Positions 41,057 through 54,979 of a stretch of DNA of 64,000 bases are shown here, piece after piece. Origin of the DNA: Vicugna vicugna (taxonomy: Eukaryota); NCBI GenBank assembly GCA_013265495.1, contig MU057584.1:1-64000 (forward strand), in the 5' to 3' direction. Below the pieces are notes generated by a model. It ran no database searches, had not been told where the DNA came from, and worked only from the letters and a program-made list of their open reading frames with translations. Each line of letters opens with the position of its first letter. Within the stretch, counting starts at the first letter, position 1. The translations under genes and the position numbers were made by a program.

Positions 41057-41689
41057 TTAAAAAAAAACTCAAGTGTCATGTGAATTCTTCCAATCATCAA
41101 GTTCAAAAGGAAAAATTCATTTGCTTCATTAAAGTCCGTGTTTCAGCCATAGCTCAACACGTCCCTGTAGTCAGGAGGCCACACAGCGGAGAACCCTTAT
41201 AAGTGGTATAGTAGGGCTTCAGTTTGAACTTTGACCTTTATTAAATATTACTCAGGGGAGAGGCCTTAGTATGACTTGTGTCAGGCCTTGTACAAAAATA
41301 TGATGGACATGCCACAATGAATGCCCGTTGGGATGTGAGCTCCATAAAGGCAAAGACTTTTGTTTTGAATCTATGTAGTCTGAACATTGCCAAGCACTTC
41401 ACAGGTGCCCAATATTTATTAAATTAAGAAGTGAGAAAAAAACTTTTGAAAATTATGTTGAGAGCACTTCCAAAATTTCATAAAAATTTGTATTCAGAAC
41501 AGGCAACCTAAATGTGGCCTTAAAATTAATTCAGGGAGGCAAAGAGTTGAAGTGTTAGAAAACCACTCAGTTCTGTAATGTTAATTTGGCATTGTCCTGC
41601 TCTGATTTGCTCCTGTTCCATCAGCCTGACTTCAGGTTGGATCTTCCCATCTTGGACTTTGTCTGTTGTTCTGTTGATTGTATACCATA

Positions 41690-43840
41690 CAAATTCTGTT
41701 AATCTTTTCTGACAGTATAAGACTTAATGGAAAATGGATTGTTAATCTTGCAATACAGAAAACATGTTATACTACTGACTTTTTTTCCAGAAATGTGAAG
41801 GCAGAGGTTTTAGTGTCAGAGTTACTAATGACAATGACAAATGATAAACGTTTCTTCACAGAGTTAAGAAACTCATTTGTGAGGGGGGCACTGGCAGTCT
41901 TGGAATGCTCTGTAGTGACTTTTCTCTGCAGGCCAGCAATGAGAGAAGGAAATTATGATGTCAAAATGAGCTTCCTAAATCCAGTGAGGATGGGGAGATC
42001 CTAGGGCATCACCGATAAAGTGGAGGCATTCATTAGCAGAGATAAAAGTGAATGTATTTTTCACAGTGAACAACAAAACCAGAGAGATCATTAGAATAGT
42101 TTGATACACAGAGACTTTTGAATTTTCTTATTGACTGTGGTATCTCTGAGACTGAAATAAATGGGAAGCCTATTAATATCCTGCCTGATTTGAATCAGTG
42201 GAAAAGCTCCAGGTCTGATAAACAAGTCAGACCTAGATCAACATGAGAGTTGTGGCCCCTCAGCCAATTCCTTAACATCCGTTCCCATTTTTAGAGCATC
42301 TTGAATGAATGGCAGGCCGGATCCCCTTGAGGAAGGAAGCATCCTGATAATGCTACCAAAACTGTATACCGTAAGTCAGCCCCAGACTTCTTCAAAGTGA
42401 CTTCCAGCTGTATTTTATGGAGGTTGTGCCTCAGGTAAGTGGAAATAACCAGAATATGGAGGAATCACTAGACACTAGAGCTGACATTAACTCCTGGACC
42501 CCACAATGGCATTGTGGTTTACCAGTTAGTAGAGGGGTTTATAAAAGACAGTTCATGGATGTTTTTGCTCAGGTCCATATGTGGTGGTCTGAATGGATCC
42601 CTAAATTCATCCTATGATTATTTCCAAAGTTCCAGAATGCTGAGTTGCAATAGAAATAACCAACAACTGGCAGAATCCTCACACTGGTTCCCTGACCTGT
42701 GGTGCAGGGGCTACTTTGATAAGAAAGAACAAATGAACACTGTAACTACCTTGTATGTACCAAAATAGAAAACCAAAAGCAATATTGTATTCCTGGAAGG
42801 ACTGAAGAGATTAGTGCCACTAGCAGTATCTTGAAAGCTGGAGGGGTCATGGTGTCTGTTACATCCCATTTCAGTTCACTCATTTGACCTGTGCAGAAGA
42901 CAGGTCAGTCTTGGATAATGACATGGGGTTATTGTAAACAATCAGGAGTTGATGCCAGTTTCAATTCCAGATGTGTCTTAACTGCTAGGATTCAACATCT
43001 GCTAGCACCTGATATGCAGCTGTTGAACTGACATAGTGCTTGTTTTTCTCTGTATCTGTTAGTAAATATCATCCAGTGAAGTTCAGTTTCATCTGGTAGG
43101 GCTGTCAATACACTTTTATGACCCCAGCTCAGGGCTGCATCAACTTTCCAGTCTTTCCAGTTGAGTCCAGCATGGAGATCGCAACACAGATACTTAGGAT
43201 TTAGGGGCAAAGTTATGTCATTCTCTGCATATGGCATTACTACTTCTGTGAAAGCAGTTTCTGGCTTTATTGGTCCCTAGTTAAAACTAAATATGTGACC
43301 ATGAGGCAGAAAATTATCATGTAGTGAGGTCATAAATTTGGGCATGCCAGAAGCACTTCATCATCAAGTGGAAGAGATGCATGTGACACTGGGCTCCAAC
43401 AGAAGCCACAAGTAAGCTGCGTGAGCAAGTGGCTCAGATTCCCACAGCTCCAGTTCCCTCTACAATGACTCACATTGTAGAGTGAGCCTGTGACCTCAGG
43501 AGTTCTGTGTGGTCAGCTGAATGAGGAGGGAGAATGTGCTCTTCTCCAAAGAGCACTCCCCAGCCCCCCGCTGGGAGTTTGGTTACATGAGACCACTCCC
43601 ATCAGGGAAGGGACAGCATCTTTCACCAGAAAACAGTTGCTCTAAATACGAAGGAAATCGCCTTTTCTGTTACGGTGCTTCTGCTAGAAGCACAATCTGT
43701 GGACCTTACAGAATGCTTTATTCTTTGTATTCCACCCATCATTGCTTGTGAACAGTTAAGTCATTTTATGAAAAATGAATTGCGGCAACTGGACTCACGC
43801 TCACAGAATTCACCTATCTCATACCATGTTTCCTCTTAAG
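41690..43840 (+). mobile_element. Degenerate ERVL internal sequence (gag, protease, RT, then deleted pieces of RNase H and integrase)
   Basis: Protease-site remnant ctagacactagagctgac (about 42467, LDT). QYxIPG and RT remnants tcccatttcagttcactcatttgacctgtgcagaagacaggtcagtcttgg (about 42864-42915). Integrase-like sequence at about 43660-43835. No long ORF remains. Confidence 0.85.
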
Positions 43841-44639
43841 TTCCACTTCAGTAGTTGGATTTGCCTGGATTCTCAGGATTCCTACCAGCTCTGATTGCTC
43901 CTCCCACATTTGTTTCTAATTCCTATTTTAAAATTCTCTTATTTCTAAAATCATAGTGACATGGCTTTCCTGATTGAACCCTGATACTGAACCCTCCAGT
44001 GTAAGTGGCTGACGTTAAACTTTTGATGGCCAAGGCTTCCATTAAAAACGATACCCATTTAGAGTAAACATATGGCCAGCTATGTGACACAACCAAATAA
44101 GGAATTGGGCCACCCGCACTCATGAAGTTTCCCTTTCAGAAACCTTTGGCAATCTAGATAACTGATCGCTTGACTGACCCTGCCTCCATTCTCCCACGCC
44201 CTAATTTTCATTTATGCTTCAAATTAGCCAATAATGAGTGAAACCCCACACACCCCACCTTTGAACCCGAATACAGGCAGGGCCCCAGGTCCAAGGTCTC
44301 TACTGAGTAGAAATTCTGAGAATCCAGCCACATCTAGCTACTGAAATGGAACTGTTAACAGGGAACATGGTGTAAGATCAGTGAATTTGCATTCCCAAAG
44401 GCACCACCAGCAAGGTGGAAAGTAGAGAGCATCTGTGAGTGATAAATCTTGTTTTTCAAAGTTCCCTGAAGGTCTTTTTCTGAGATGTGTCCTGTGATCA
44501 TAATAACCATAAAGGCTGGTCCAGCCACGACATTTGGCCCCAGTGTCTTGGGGGCTCTGTGCGGGTAATACGGAGCTCAGGCGTTATAGCCCAGAGAAAT
44601 ACCATCAGTAGACTGGGACAGACACCACAAACCCTTTCT

Positions 44640-45860
44640 GCTGCTTTTTCAGTTACTACCCCTCTTTCTCAAATGCACTTTCCTAACTTTTAACTCCATT
44701 GACTATTTTTCCTTTGGTTTATATAAATAGGATCATGTTGTATATATTCTCTGGAGTTTTGCTTGCTTTGCTCAGTATTGAGTTTGTGAGGTTGAACCAT
44801 GTTACTGTTTATAGCAATTGTTCACATATTTTGTTACCGTAGGGCAGGGGTAGGCAAACTATATGTTATGGGCCAAATCCTGTATATATTTTGGGGGTGT
44901 ATGTAGTGTGTTTTCTTTTTCTACTTCCATAGGTAGAATTCTTACGTCACAGGGGAGGCATATATTTAACTTTTATCAGATACTGCCAAACATTTCCCAA
45001 AGTGATTGTACCAGTTTACACGCTCACAAGCAAGATGATGGTTAGTTGCTCCATATCCTTGCCAGCGCTTGATACTGTCAGATGTTTCAAAGTTTTAAAA
45101 TTAAAATGTATTTTAAAATTAGTCACTCTGATATGTGCGTAGCGGTGTCCCATTGAAGTTTCTGTTAGGACTCTAATGACTAATGAAGTTAAGCATATTG
45201 GGGACCTATTCAAAGGCTCATTGTACAGTTGTGTATTCTCCTTTATGTAGTGTTGGTTCAAGTAATTTGTGGATTTTTCTATTGGGATGTCAGTCGTATT
45301 CTTGGATTTACAGGATTTCTTTATATTCTGCTTACAAGTATTTCAACAGATGTGTGTAATATGATTATTTCCTCAATTCTGTGGCTTGCATTTTCACTTT
45401 CTTTATGGTGCCTTTTGATGAACCAATCTGAATTTTAAATTTTCTTTTTTTTAAGTTAGTGATTTTTAAAAATCTTTGCCCATCACAAGGTCACAAAGAT
45501 ATTTTAATAGCTATTTTTAATTCTTTTACTCTTCAGATCCACAATCCATTTCATACTGATATTTGTATGTGGGATGAAGTAAAGGTCAAGATGAGTTTTC
45601 TTCCCATATGAATTCACAAAGGACTAGCCCCGCCACTTCCGGAAAAGACTATACATCCCTCATTGTACTTCAGTGCCATCTTTGTCATATATCAAGTGAC
45701 TAGATGTGTATGAATTTGTTTCTGAACCTTCTGTTGTCTTCCATTAGTCTTTTCATATATCCTTGAATATATACCACACTGTTTTACTATTGTAAATTCA
45801 TAAAAGTCTTGTAGTATAAATCCACTTCTTTATATTTTCTTTTAGATGGTCCTAGTTACT
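44640..45860 (-). mobile_element. Old L1 fragments
   Basis: The minus-strand ORF 45016..45261 has remnants of CxTSLVIR...AGKDMEQL from the ORF2 C-terminus. Confidence 0.7.
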
Positions 45861-45864
45861 CTTT

Positions 45865-46946
45865 TAAATATATATATATTTAAATAAATATATGTATATA
45901 TATATACACACACATACAGTAGTGTGTATCTGTTAATCCCAACCTCCTACTCCCCGCCACATCCCCTTGCTACCAGCTTTTCTCTTTGGTAACCATAAGT
46001 TTGTTTTCTATGTCTGTGAGTCTGTTTCTGTTTTGTAAATAAGTTTATTTGTATCATCTTTTAAGAGTCCACATATAAGTGATAGCATATGATTTTAGTC
46101 TTTTTCTGATTTACTTCACTTAGTATGATAATCTCTAGGTTCCTCCATGTTGCTGCAACATGTATTTTGAGTGTTTTAAAATTTTACCAAGCACTTTTAT
46201 TCTTTTTTATGGCTGAGTGGTATTCCATTGTGGAATCTTCTTTATCCATCTTCTGTATCCAGTCATCTGTTGATGGACATTTAGGTTGCTTCCATGTCTT
46301 AGCTATTGTAAATAGTGTTGCTGTGAATATTAGGGTGGATATATCTTTTCAAACTAGAGTTTTCTCTGGATAAATGCCCAGGACTGGATCATATGGTAAC
46401 TATTTTTAGGAAACTCTGTACTGTTCTCCATGGTGCCTGCACCTTCAGAACGTTCCCACCTTCAGTGTAGGAGGGTTCCCTTTTCTCCACACCCTTTTCT
46501 CCACACTCCACACCCAGCATTTACTATTTGTAGAATTTTTGATGATGACCATTCTGACCAGTGTGAGGTGATACCACCTTGTAGTTTTGATTTGCATTTC
46601 TCTAATAATTAGTGATGTGGAGCATCTTTTCATGTGCCTGTTGACCATCCAAATGTCTTCTTTAGAGAAATGTCTATTTAGGTCTTCTGCCAATTTTTTG
46701 ATTGGGTTGTTTGTTAGTTTATTTTGATATTGAGCTGTATGAGCTGTTTGTATATTTTGGAAATTAATCCCTTGTTGGTTACAACATTTGTAAATATTTT
46801 CTTCCATTCTATAGGCTTTTCATTTTGTTTATGGTTTCCTTTGCTGTGCAAAAGCTTGTAAGTTTGATTAGGTCCCATTTGTTATTTTTGCTTGTATTTC
46901 TTTTGCCTTGGGAGACTGACCTAAGAAAGCATTGCTATGACTTATG
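45865..46946 (-). mobile_element. 5'-truncated L1 (ORF2 C-terminal Cys-rich region and 3'UTR)
   Basis: The minus-strand ORF 46445..46807 reads [44 protein letters not shown]. Confidence 0.9.
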
Positions 46947-46963
46947 TAAAATTTTCAACATTT

Positions 46964-47110
46964 AAAAAATTACTTATTTATTTAATCTTTTGGGGGGGAG
47001 GAGGTAATTAGGTTTATTCATCTATTTATTTAATGGAGGTACTGGGGCTTGAACCCAGGACCTCGTGCATGCTAGACATGCACTCACCACTGAGCTATAT
47101 CCTCCCCTCC
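46964..47110 (-). mobile_element. tRNA-derived SINE (Vic-1-like)
   Basis: Perfect 17-bp TSD taaaattttcaacattt at 46947-46963 and 47111-47127. Confidence 0.88.
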
Positions 47111-48099
47111 TAAAATTTTCAACATTTTATCAGTAAGTGTTATGCGTGATTTTTATTTGTTTATTTCAGTTTTAAGGGGGATTTTTCTAGGAACTTATAA
47201 CCATTTTACATAGTTTTCAAATTTATCATAATATTCCTCATAATGCTCTCTTCATATCTTTAGTGATGTTTCATTTTTAATTTTGGGAATTGGTAATAGT
47301 GTCATTTTTGTCTTTGTTTCTTGGTCACTCTTACTGGACTTTGTCAATTTTATTGTTTTATTCACAGAATGGTCTTTGGCCCTTTTAAAAAAATACACTT
47401 ATCTTGTTTGTTTTCTGTTTCATCAATCTCTTATCTTCATCATTTTCTTCCATCTACTTACTGCATTTTTTGTTACTAAGTTCCTGAGAAATGTTTTCAC
47501 TTTCATATTCAGCTTCTCTTCTATTTTAGTATATACTTTTAAAATTCTACAAGTATGTATTAAGAATTCTCTTTCTAATTGTGAATTTTGTTTTTCTCCT
47601 TGTGGTTCTGTCAACTTTTCTTTTTAAAGTTTGCTTTATATTATGTGAAGCTGTTATTCTTGATAGTTTAAAACTTAACGAAGTCTTTTCTTTGTATTTC
47701 TTATAATGCATTTTTCTTCGAGGACTACTTTGTCCAATGTTAATATATTTTTAGATTATAGAAATAATTGGAAACCTAGGATGATGCTCTCTTCCCTAGA
47801 GAGGATTTTCCTTTGTTTCTGTTAGGTATTTGAAGATACTAACAAACAAGGTTCACTCTAATGCAATTTCAAGTGCGGCGGTAATTTGGAGTTTGGTTTC
47901 AGTCTCTATCAAAGAGAATTCATTTCCTTTTATCCGTCTTCCTATAAGGCAGCTCTTTTGGGTTTTACCGCAGACTCCTCTCTTCCCCATTCAGACCTCG
48001 TCCCAAGCCCCTTGAACGTGGCGAAAGTGCTGCTTAACTTTCAACAACAGAATGGGTAGGAGTCACCCAGGAAGACACTAGCAGCTCACAACAGCACAA

Positions 48100-48620
48100 C
48101 TTGGCCGGGCCCCGCGCAGGCACCGTAGTAATCAGTCGGTAGAAGCTCAAGGTACTTGGGCGTCTTTCCGCTTCAGGGGGCGGGGCCGTGGCCGTCGTTT
48201 CTCTCAGGCATTCTGGGAAGTGTAGTCTCGTGTCCGTGCGACCCAGAGCACTTCCGCTCCTGGACGTCGGGGGTAGGGAATTCTGGGAAGTGGTCCCCGG
48301 GCTCCCCCTAGTAGCCTCACTTTGGGTGGATGAGTCTTCTATCATCCGGGCTTCTCCACACCTGGGACTTCCCAACCCTGGGCGGAGAATCAGCGAGGCC
48401 CGGGCCCTCGTCCTCGGGGAGAGTAAGAGAAGCTGCGGCCGGCTGCAGAGCACGGTGTTGGGGAAAGTTTGCGTTCCCCTCCGGTGAACCTCCGGTTTGG
48501 AGCAGTCTGTGAGGCCCCGGCTTGGGGGGCTGCCTTGGTCACCTGTCGCCTGATTTGCGGGCCTCCTGGCTCTTCAACCGGATTCCCTCGCCTACGAGCC
48601 GGCTTTGCATCTTCCTAGCG
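48100..48620 (+). promoter_or_regulatory. Distal CpG-rich promoter, a probable alternative ZNF227 start or an orphan promoter
   Basis: ZNF143-type gcattctgggaagtgtagtc (48208), ETS cacttccg (48249) and a second partial site gaattctgggaagtgg (48278). Candidate donor ga|gtaaga near 48423. Confidence 0.7.
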
Positions 48621-51099
48621 GAATAACATGCGAGTTACTTAATCTCTCTTGGCATCATTATCCTCATCTAATGTCATTAATAGTAGTAACCCCTTATCAT
48701 TTTATACGAATTAATTCATTAAGTGACTGCAACAGCCTTATGAGTTAGGTAACGCCATTAGGCTCTGTTTTGTTTTGTTTTGTTTTAAACAGATAAAGAA
48801 ATGGAGGTTGTGTTGGGGGGATAAAGCATACTACCAACGCAAAGTCCTGTGTACCCAATGTAGAAAAAAGAAAGCAATCTTATTACTGAGTAAGCATTTC
48901 TAGAGTACAGTATTGTAGATTATTTGCCGAAAGATATTACAAAGAAGGGAATTTAACCCTATTTATATAGTCAAGCAATTACAAGCTTTTTCTACTATTC
49001 TATTTTTAACCACTCGATACATACATTCTCAACATTAACGGTATCTTGTCTTCCAATAAGAGGTCGTGACTGTCCCATTTGCTGCAAGTTCTTTGATAAA
49101 TTCATCTTAAATTTACTTGGGAGTCGGATCTTTGTTAATTGACTTCATCCAAAGGAATAATAAAATTTATCTTATTTCCTCTGCCAGCACATTTACAGCT
49201 CAGAGAAAGGCACCTTCGTCAAACTCCCACAGTGATAGGGACACTGGATTGTTATTTTCTCAGATGTTTATATTCAAACGGGACAAACCTCAGGACTTTG
49301 CAAAACATTCTTGGATTGTAAACTTGGTAAGAAGCTTACTTAACCTTTAACAAAACTTACATGCATATCAAAAAGGTTAGGGAAAGGATCTGAAAGCACT
49401 TGGATTCTTATGGAAATACTGTAAGAAAAAGGACGGAAAATGGACCCTTTGGACAAAGAAAATTCTTTTTTATGTTTTTCATTTGCTCTTAGTGAGTTTA
49501 TCTTATGTGCCCAAGACTTAACAGCTAGTAAGAGGCAGAACTACCACTTGAACCCAAAGAGTTGGAACCCCAAGTCTGTGTTTTTAATCTCTATTTTTTT
49601 TAATCATAGGAAATAGTCGTGTAAATGGTTTAAGGAAATCTTTTTCTATCAGGTTTGGAAGGTGGTTTGGGGCTTTGTAGTTTATATCTTCATTATAGAA
49701 GGAATGTATGCTCATTATGCAGAGATTATGAAATACAGAAATATAAGAAGGAAAGAATCCAAATTACCCATAGTCTTGGGGTTTGAAAGTAACCACTGTT
49801 TACATTTTTAATGCATTTTGTGTTGGAGCTGTACTACGCATGATATTTCTTCTTTAAATTTTATTAAGAAACAGCCCAAACATACACAAACAGAAAATAG
49901 TGTAATGAAACCTGCCCCCCTCCATCAGTCATCTGCAACCCTTGTCATTGTTTTGCTTGTCTTTTTGTATCCATTCCCTTTGTCACACAAAATACTTTTG
50001 GGGGATATTAAGGGGAGGAGGAGATGGAATCATTCAAATTAAAAACAAACCCCAGTCATGGAGTCACTATTCAAAATCCACTAACATAAAATGATTAAAA
50101 ACGGAGAGCAAAGGGAAGGCTCTTTGTTAACTTCACGGTTTTCATTCTTGGCAACCAGGAGGATGGTAGTTACATATGTAAGAAAGCTAAGGGACATAGA
50201 AATATTGAAATTTGAAGAGGAATAATTATGAATTTGGTTTCTTAAATTGGAGTTTGACTTGAAACAGTCTTCTAGATCTTGGTCTCTGATCTGTTTCTCC
50301 CTTAGGCTTTGTGCTACTTTGTTGCAGCAAGAATGTCACAGTCTTTAAAGTGTGGTTAGCACCCAGCAAAGAGACGCTCTTCAGCGTTTGTGGCTGGTGA
50401 GGCTGCCCAACATCCTGCAACAGGGACCTGCAGCCCAGTTAGATTTTATTCAGAATTCCTGAAATGGATTTCGGAAACCATAAAGGGAAATCATATAAAC
50501 TTTATCGATCCTAACAAGCCACGAAACAGGCTGTTCCCGTTAGCATCAAGTTTAAAGTTAAATTATATACAAGCTAGAATGACTTCCCCATATATCAATA
50601 TGTGAAAATTTCTTCCATCAGTACATTTGAGCAAATAACAAGTCTTTATTGTGACTGTTGTATAAACACTTAACAATAACGTGTTCATCTTTCAAATTCA
50701 GAAACTTCCCGAGGAATGATTACAACCGCCCTGATTGTATTGAGAAATTGATCACATAGGTCCATGCTGAAGCTTGCCTTTTCACCCTATGTCTAGCTGT
50801 CCTTAGCAGCCAAGTTCTGAATTATTTGACTATTCTGTTAACAGTAGTGGAAATTTACAATATAATCTGTCCCCATTGGGGAGAGGGGGGTTTTTCGTTC
50901 TTTTTTATATCTAAAAAGTGTCTAAAACTTCATTTTAAAGGCTCTCAATTTTTCTTTTTTCTTGTAGAATAGGTAAAATTCTATTACAATGATCTGTTTC
51001 TTACAGTCCTTTTAAGATTATGACTTTTCAAATATATGCTATTATGTTTTGTTTGTCAATGAGAAAAAGCTAAATTCTACTGGCGTCAGAGAACTGCTT

Positions 51100-51900
51100 C
51101 AGGCCGGCGGGAAACCATAAAGGGGATTCGTGAAGTTGTTGGCCAAGAACTTCCGAGAGATTGGGGTTGTTTTGAAGCTCCGAAGGCGCGGGCGTGTCCC
51201 TCACTCCTCTTGCTGTTCTGAGAAGTGTGTTCCCCGAGTTCTATCCGGAAACAAAAGGCTGAGGCACTTTTGCCTGGCGCTTCTGGGAAGTGTAGTTCCG
51301 GAGCTCAGTGTAGTCAGTGGCACTTCCGCCCTTGGGAAGCGAGACTGCCACCATCTTTTCGGTCCGGGAGGTGAGTTAGCCCTGAGTCCCTACGACCCCT
51401 CTGAGCCTTTTCGGCCTGAGCGTGGGACTAGTCGCTACCTAGCCGGCTGTCTTAGGATGGTGAATCGCGGCCGCCGGCGGAGGCTGAGAGGCGGAGGGCA
51501 GAAGTGTGGATTCCCTCAGCTCTCTTCCCCCACTTACCAAGCAGCGCTGCTACTTCTATCGGTACAATATATGGCGAGTTGTTTATTATCTGTGCCCTAC
51601 TTTTCTCCTATAAGATAGCGAGAGAGACAGTAACTACTAGGTAGGGGTGAGATGAGACGTGAACGGGACCACAAGCGTCAACAGCGTAGAACGCTGGTGG
51701 CACCTAACGGGTTGGCTCTTGCTGTTGTAGATCCTGTTAGTTTTCTCACCAGCGCAGTTTCTGTTGGACGCCCCAGTGAAGGGGAGAGCGAGGAGCAATA
51801 CCGCGGCCCGCCTGTCATCCGTCAGGAGACTGAGCTCCTTCCGAACTTTTACTGATCCCTTTTTTAGGAAGCATCGAGTCACCCCGCGTCAGTGCCTGGA
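51100..51900 (+). promoter_or_regulatory. ZNF227: ZNF227 proximal CpG-island promoter and first exon
   Basis: cttctgggaagtgtagttcc (51280), ETS cacttccg (51321), YY1-like ccatctttt (51351) and a strong donor ggag|gtgagt at 51371. Confidence 0.85.
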
Positions 51901-52230
51901 GATGTTCGCTGAAGTTTATCCGGGAGACAGATACAGCCTGGCTGTCCCACCGCATCCTTCTCTTTCCACTCCTGAATTCGCAGAGGGGAAAAAGGAGGGA
52001 CTTCTTGGCTTCTCACAGCCTAGTCTCAGGTACATACTCCTTCCTGAAGGTTCCTTCTTGCTCCATCATCTGTTTTCAGTTAATCAGGTTTCCTTCAGTC
52101 AGTAAATTACTGCTAGGACAATGTTTAATTATTTGTTGAATAAACCTGAGAATGTTTACTCTGCTTGTTAATATGTACGTGTGTATTTCCACCACACAGA
52201 TACATTTTTAAATAAATACGTAAGTTTTTA

Positions 52231-52470
52231 CTTTTATTTATTTTTTAGTGTTTTTTGTATTTTTATTGAAATATAGTCAGTTTACAATAATGTGTCAACT
52301 TCTAGTGTACAGCACAATGTTTCAGTCGTATGTAAACATACATATATTCGTTTTCATATTCTCTTTAAGTTACTACAAGATATTGAATATAGTTCTCTGT
52401 CCTACGCAGTATAAACTTGTTTATGTTTTATATATATTAGTTAGTATCTGCAAATCTTGAACTCCCAACT
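52231..52470 (-). mobile_element. L1 3'-end fragment
   Basis: L1 tail sequence flanked by aaatacgtaagttttta and aaatacataaattttta (diverged TSD). Confidence 0.8.
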
Positions 52471-53632
52471 AAATACATAAATTTTTAAAATATATAAATA
52501 TATTTTATTTGCTTGTTTTAAAATTTTTAAAAAATATTTTAACATATACATTTATTTTTAAATCTATCATGCTTTCCTTTTCTTCCTTTTATTTTTTGCT
52601 GTCTTCAGTTCAGTTTACTCCCCCCCTTTTTTTTTTTTACTCTCAACTGAGTTGGAAATGATGTGGTCTTGCATTATTTTTTTAACGTTTGAAAATGATG
52701 TATGTCTCAACAAATACTAATTTTAATCAGCGTATATTCTCATTCTGAAAAATATAGAGACTGAAAATATATTTGAAAGTTGATGGCTCCCCAAACCCTT
52801 TTTTTTTTGACTGTAGATTAGGTCGTAGGTCTACTAGGTTTAGTTTTTATTGTAACTCCCCTCAAAAGTTGTCATTGTGGTCTTGGGTTTTTTCCCTTTT
52901 TTCTTTTAACAAGGATGTTACCAACATATTTACGTGTTTCCTTGCCATTGCTTCTTTCAGGGTTCATTTAGTCATAAATTTTCTTCATTTTTTTTCAGCT
53001 AAGATGCCTTTGTTCCTCTCCTACGTACATAATCATTTAGTTGAGTGTAGAAATCAGGTTCACAATTTTTTTTCTTCATTTTCCCACTACTCAGTTATTT
53101 TAGCTCTCCATTTTGCTTCCTTGTTTCTGTCAATGCAATGATCATTTCTATGTGGTAAATTATAGTCTCTCTGGGAGCTTTAAGGATTTTTGTCACTATT
53201 TTTAGTTATTTATTTATCCTTTGCCTTCCTGATTTTCACTCTGATTTCTTTGGGAATACATTTATTTTTATTTCTACTGATCAGAATCTCGATATATGAA
53301 CTCAGCACTTGTCTCCTGAAATGAGACCTCTCTGCCATTGCTTTTGTTCTCTCCTTCTTACACTCCTATTGGACACGTGTTGGAGCCTCTCAGTCTCTCT
53401 TCCATGTTTCCTGATTTTTTTTTTGTCTCTATTTCTTTTCTCTGTGTTTTTCTTTATCTCCACACAGATAGAATAAAAGCTTTCTACCAATAAGCCTTTT
53501 CTGGTTTCAGTGAAATAAATTGACCTGCAGTGATTTGTTTTAGAAAATTAATAATAGCGTGAATATAATGTTATTAGCTCAGCAGTAAATTATTAAGTAG
53601 GGAGAAATTTTAAGTCAGAATCGGGGCTTTCA

Positions 53633-54324
53633 ACTCTGGAAAACAGTATGGAGATTCCTTAAAAAACTAAAAATCGAGTTTCCATAGGATCCAGCAATCC
53701 CACTCCTGGGCATATAGCCAGAGAAAACTCTAAAATTCAAAAAGGTGATGCACCCCAATGTTCACAGCAGCACTATTTACAACAGCCAAGAAATGGAAAC
53801 AGCTTGTTTCCATGGACAGATAACTGGATAAAGAAGCTGTGGTGTATGTATATATAGTAGAATACTACTCACCATAAAAACGGGTGAAATAATGCCGTGT
53901 GCAGCAACATGGATGGACATGGAGATTGTCACACTAAGTGAAGTCAGACAAATATCGTATCATGTCACTTATATGTGGAATCTTAAAAATGAACAAATGA
54001 ACTTACCAAACAAAAACAGACTCACAGACGTAGAAAACAAACTTACGGTTACCAAAGGGGAAAGGAGGTGGGGAAGGCTAAATTAGGAGTTTGCAATTTG
54101 CAGGTACAAACTACTAGATGTAAAATAGATAAACAACATGGTCCTACTGTCTAGTACAGGGAACTACATTCAATATCTTGTAGTAATATACAATGGAAAA
54201 GAATCTGAAAGAAACATACGTATAAATATGTATAACTGAATCACTGTACTGTGCACCAGAAACTAATACAACATTGTGAATCAAGTATCCTTCCTGTTTT
54301 TAAAAAAAAAAAAAAGGGTGGGGG
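53633..54324 (+). mobile_element. Sense-oriented 5'-truncated L1 with poly(A) and TSD
   Basis: ORF2 C-terminal sequence (ggatccagcaatcccactcctgggcatata), 3'UTR and a poly(A) run at 54302-54315. TSD agaatc(g/a)gggctttca at 53617-53632 and 54325-54340. Confidence 0.9.
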
Positions 54325-54979
54325 AGAATCAGGGCTTTCAGAAAATAAAGATGACTTTCATAGGAGAGCAGTCACATATGAAGTCCAGATGCCTTTCAGG
54401 TCTTTTTTGTTGTTGTCATTAAAAAGGCGTCTGCAGATACAGTGACGCCAAGTATCTCATCTGCTTTTTTGCAGCTGCAAGAGAAAGGGACTCCTCGTTT
54501 TTTGAACTTTCCGTCTGCTCATTCACTCCTTGAAACAGCCCTATGAGGTGGGTACGACTTAACAATTCTTATCTTCTCGTCATTGTGCAGGTGACCAAGT
54601 GAGGCACAGAGAGGTTTTTGGAATACCCCTGATGTTCCCCGGGTGGGAAGTATCATTTCCAGGATTGAAACCCATGCCTAGGGCCCGCTTTGTTTTTTAG
54701 CCCCACATGTTGTTACATGCCTCTCATTTCCTACTATCCCCAGGATCTGAAATCTTTATGTCAGGGATACCGCGTTTGGCTGTGCGAGTTGTTGACTGTC
54801 TGGTGGCCACTGGCTGACAGACCTGTCAGTGGCTGCCGTGTCCCCCAGGCTCCGCTCACCAAGTTGTGCGTGGCTGCCTGTGCCGGAGGTAGGGTGCTCT
54901 TGTATAACTTCTGCAGGGATGCACGTGGCTAGTGGCAGCCCTGGCCTGTGTCTCATGGCTTCTTTGTCCTTCCCCAGTT

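Noticed and set aside
51130..52105. ORFs in the CpG islands (also 14262..14711, 30119..30466 and 48034..48487)
   Set aside because: GC-rich sequence is poor in stop codons. The ORFs cross splice donors and show no homology I recognise.
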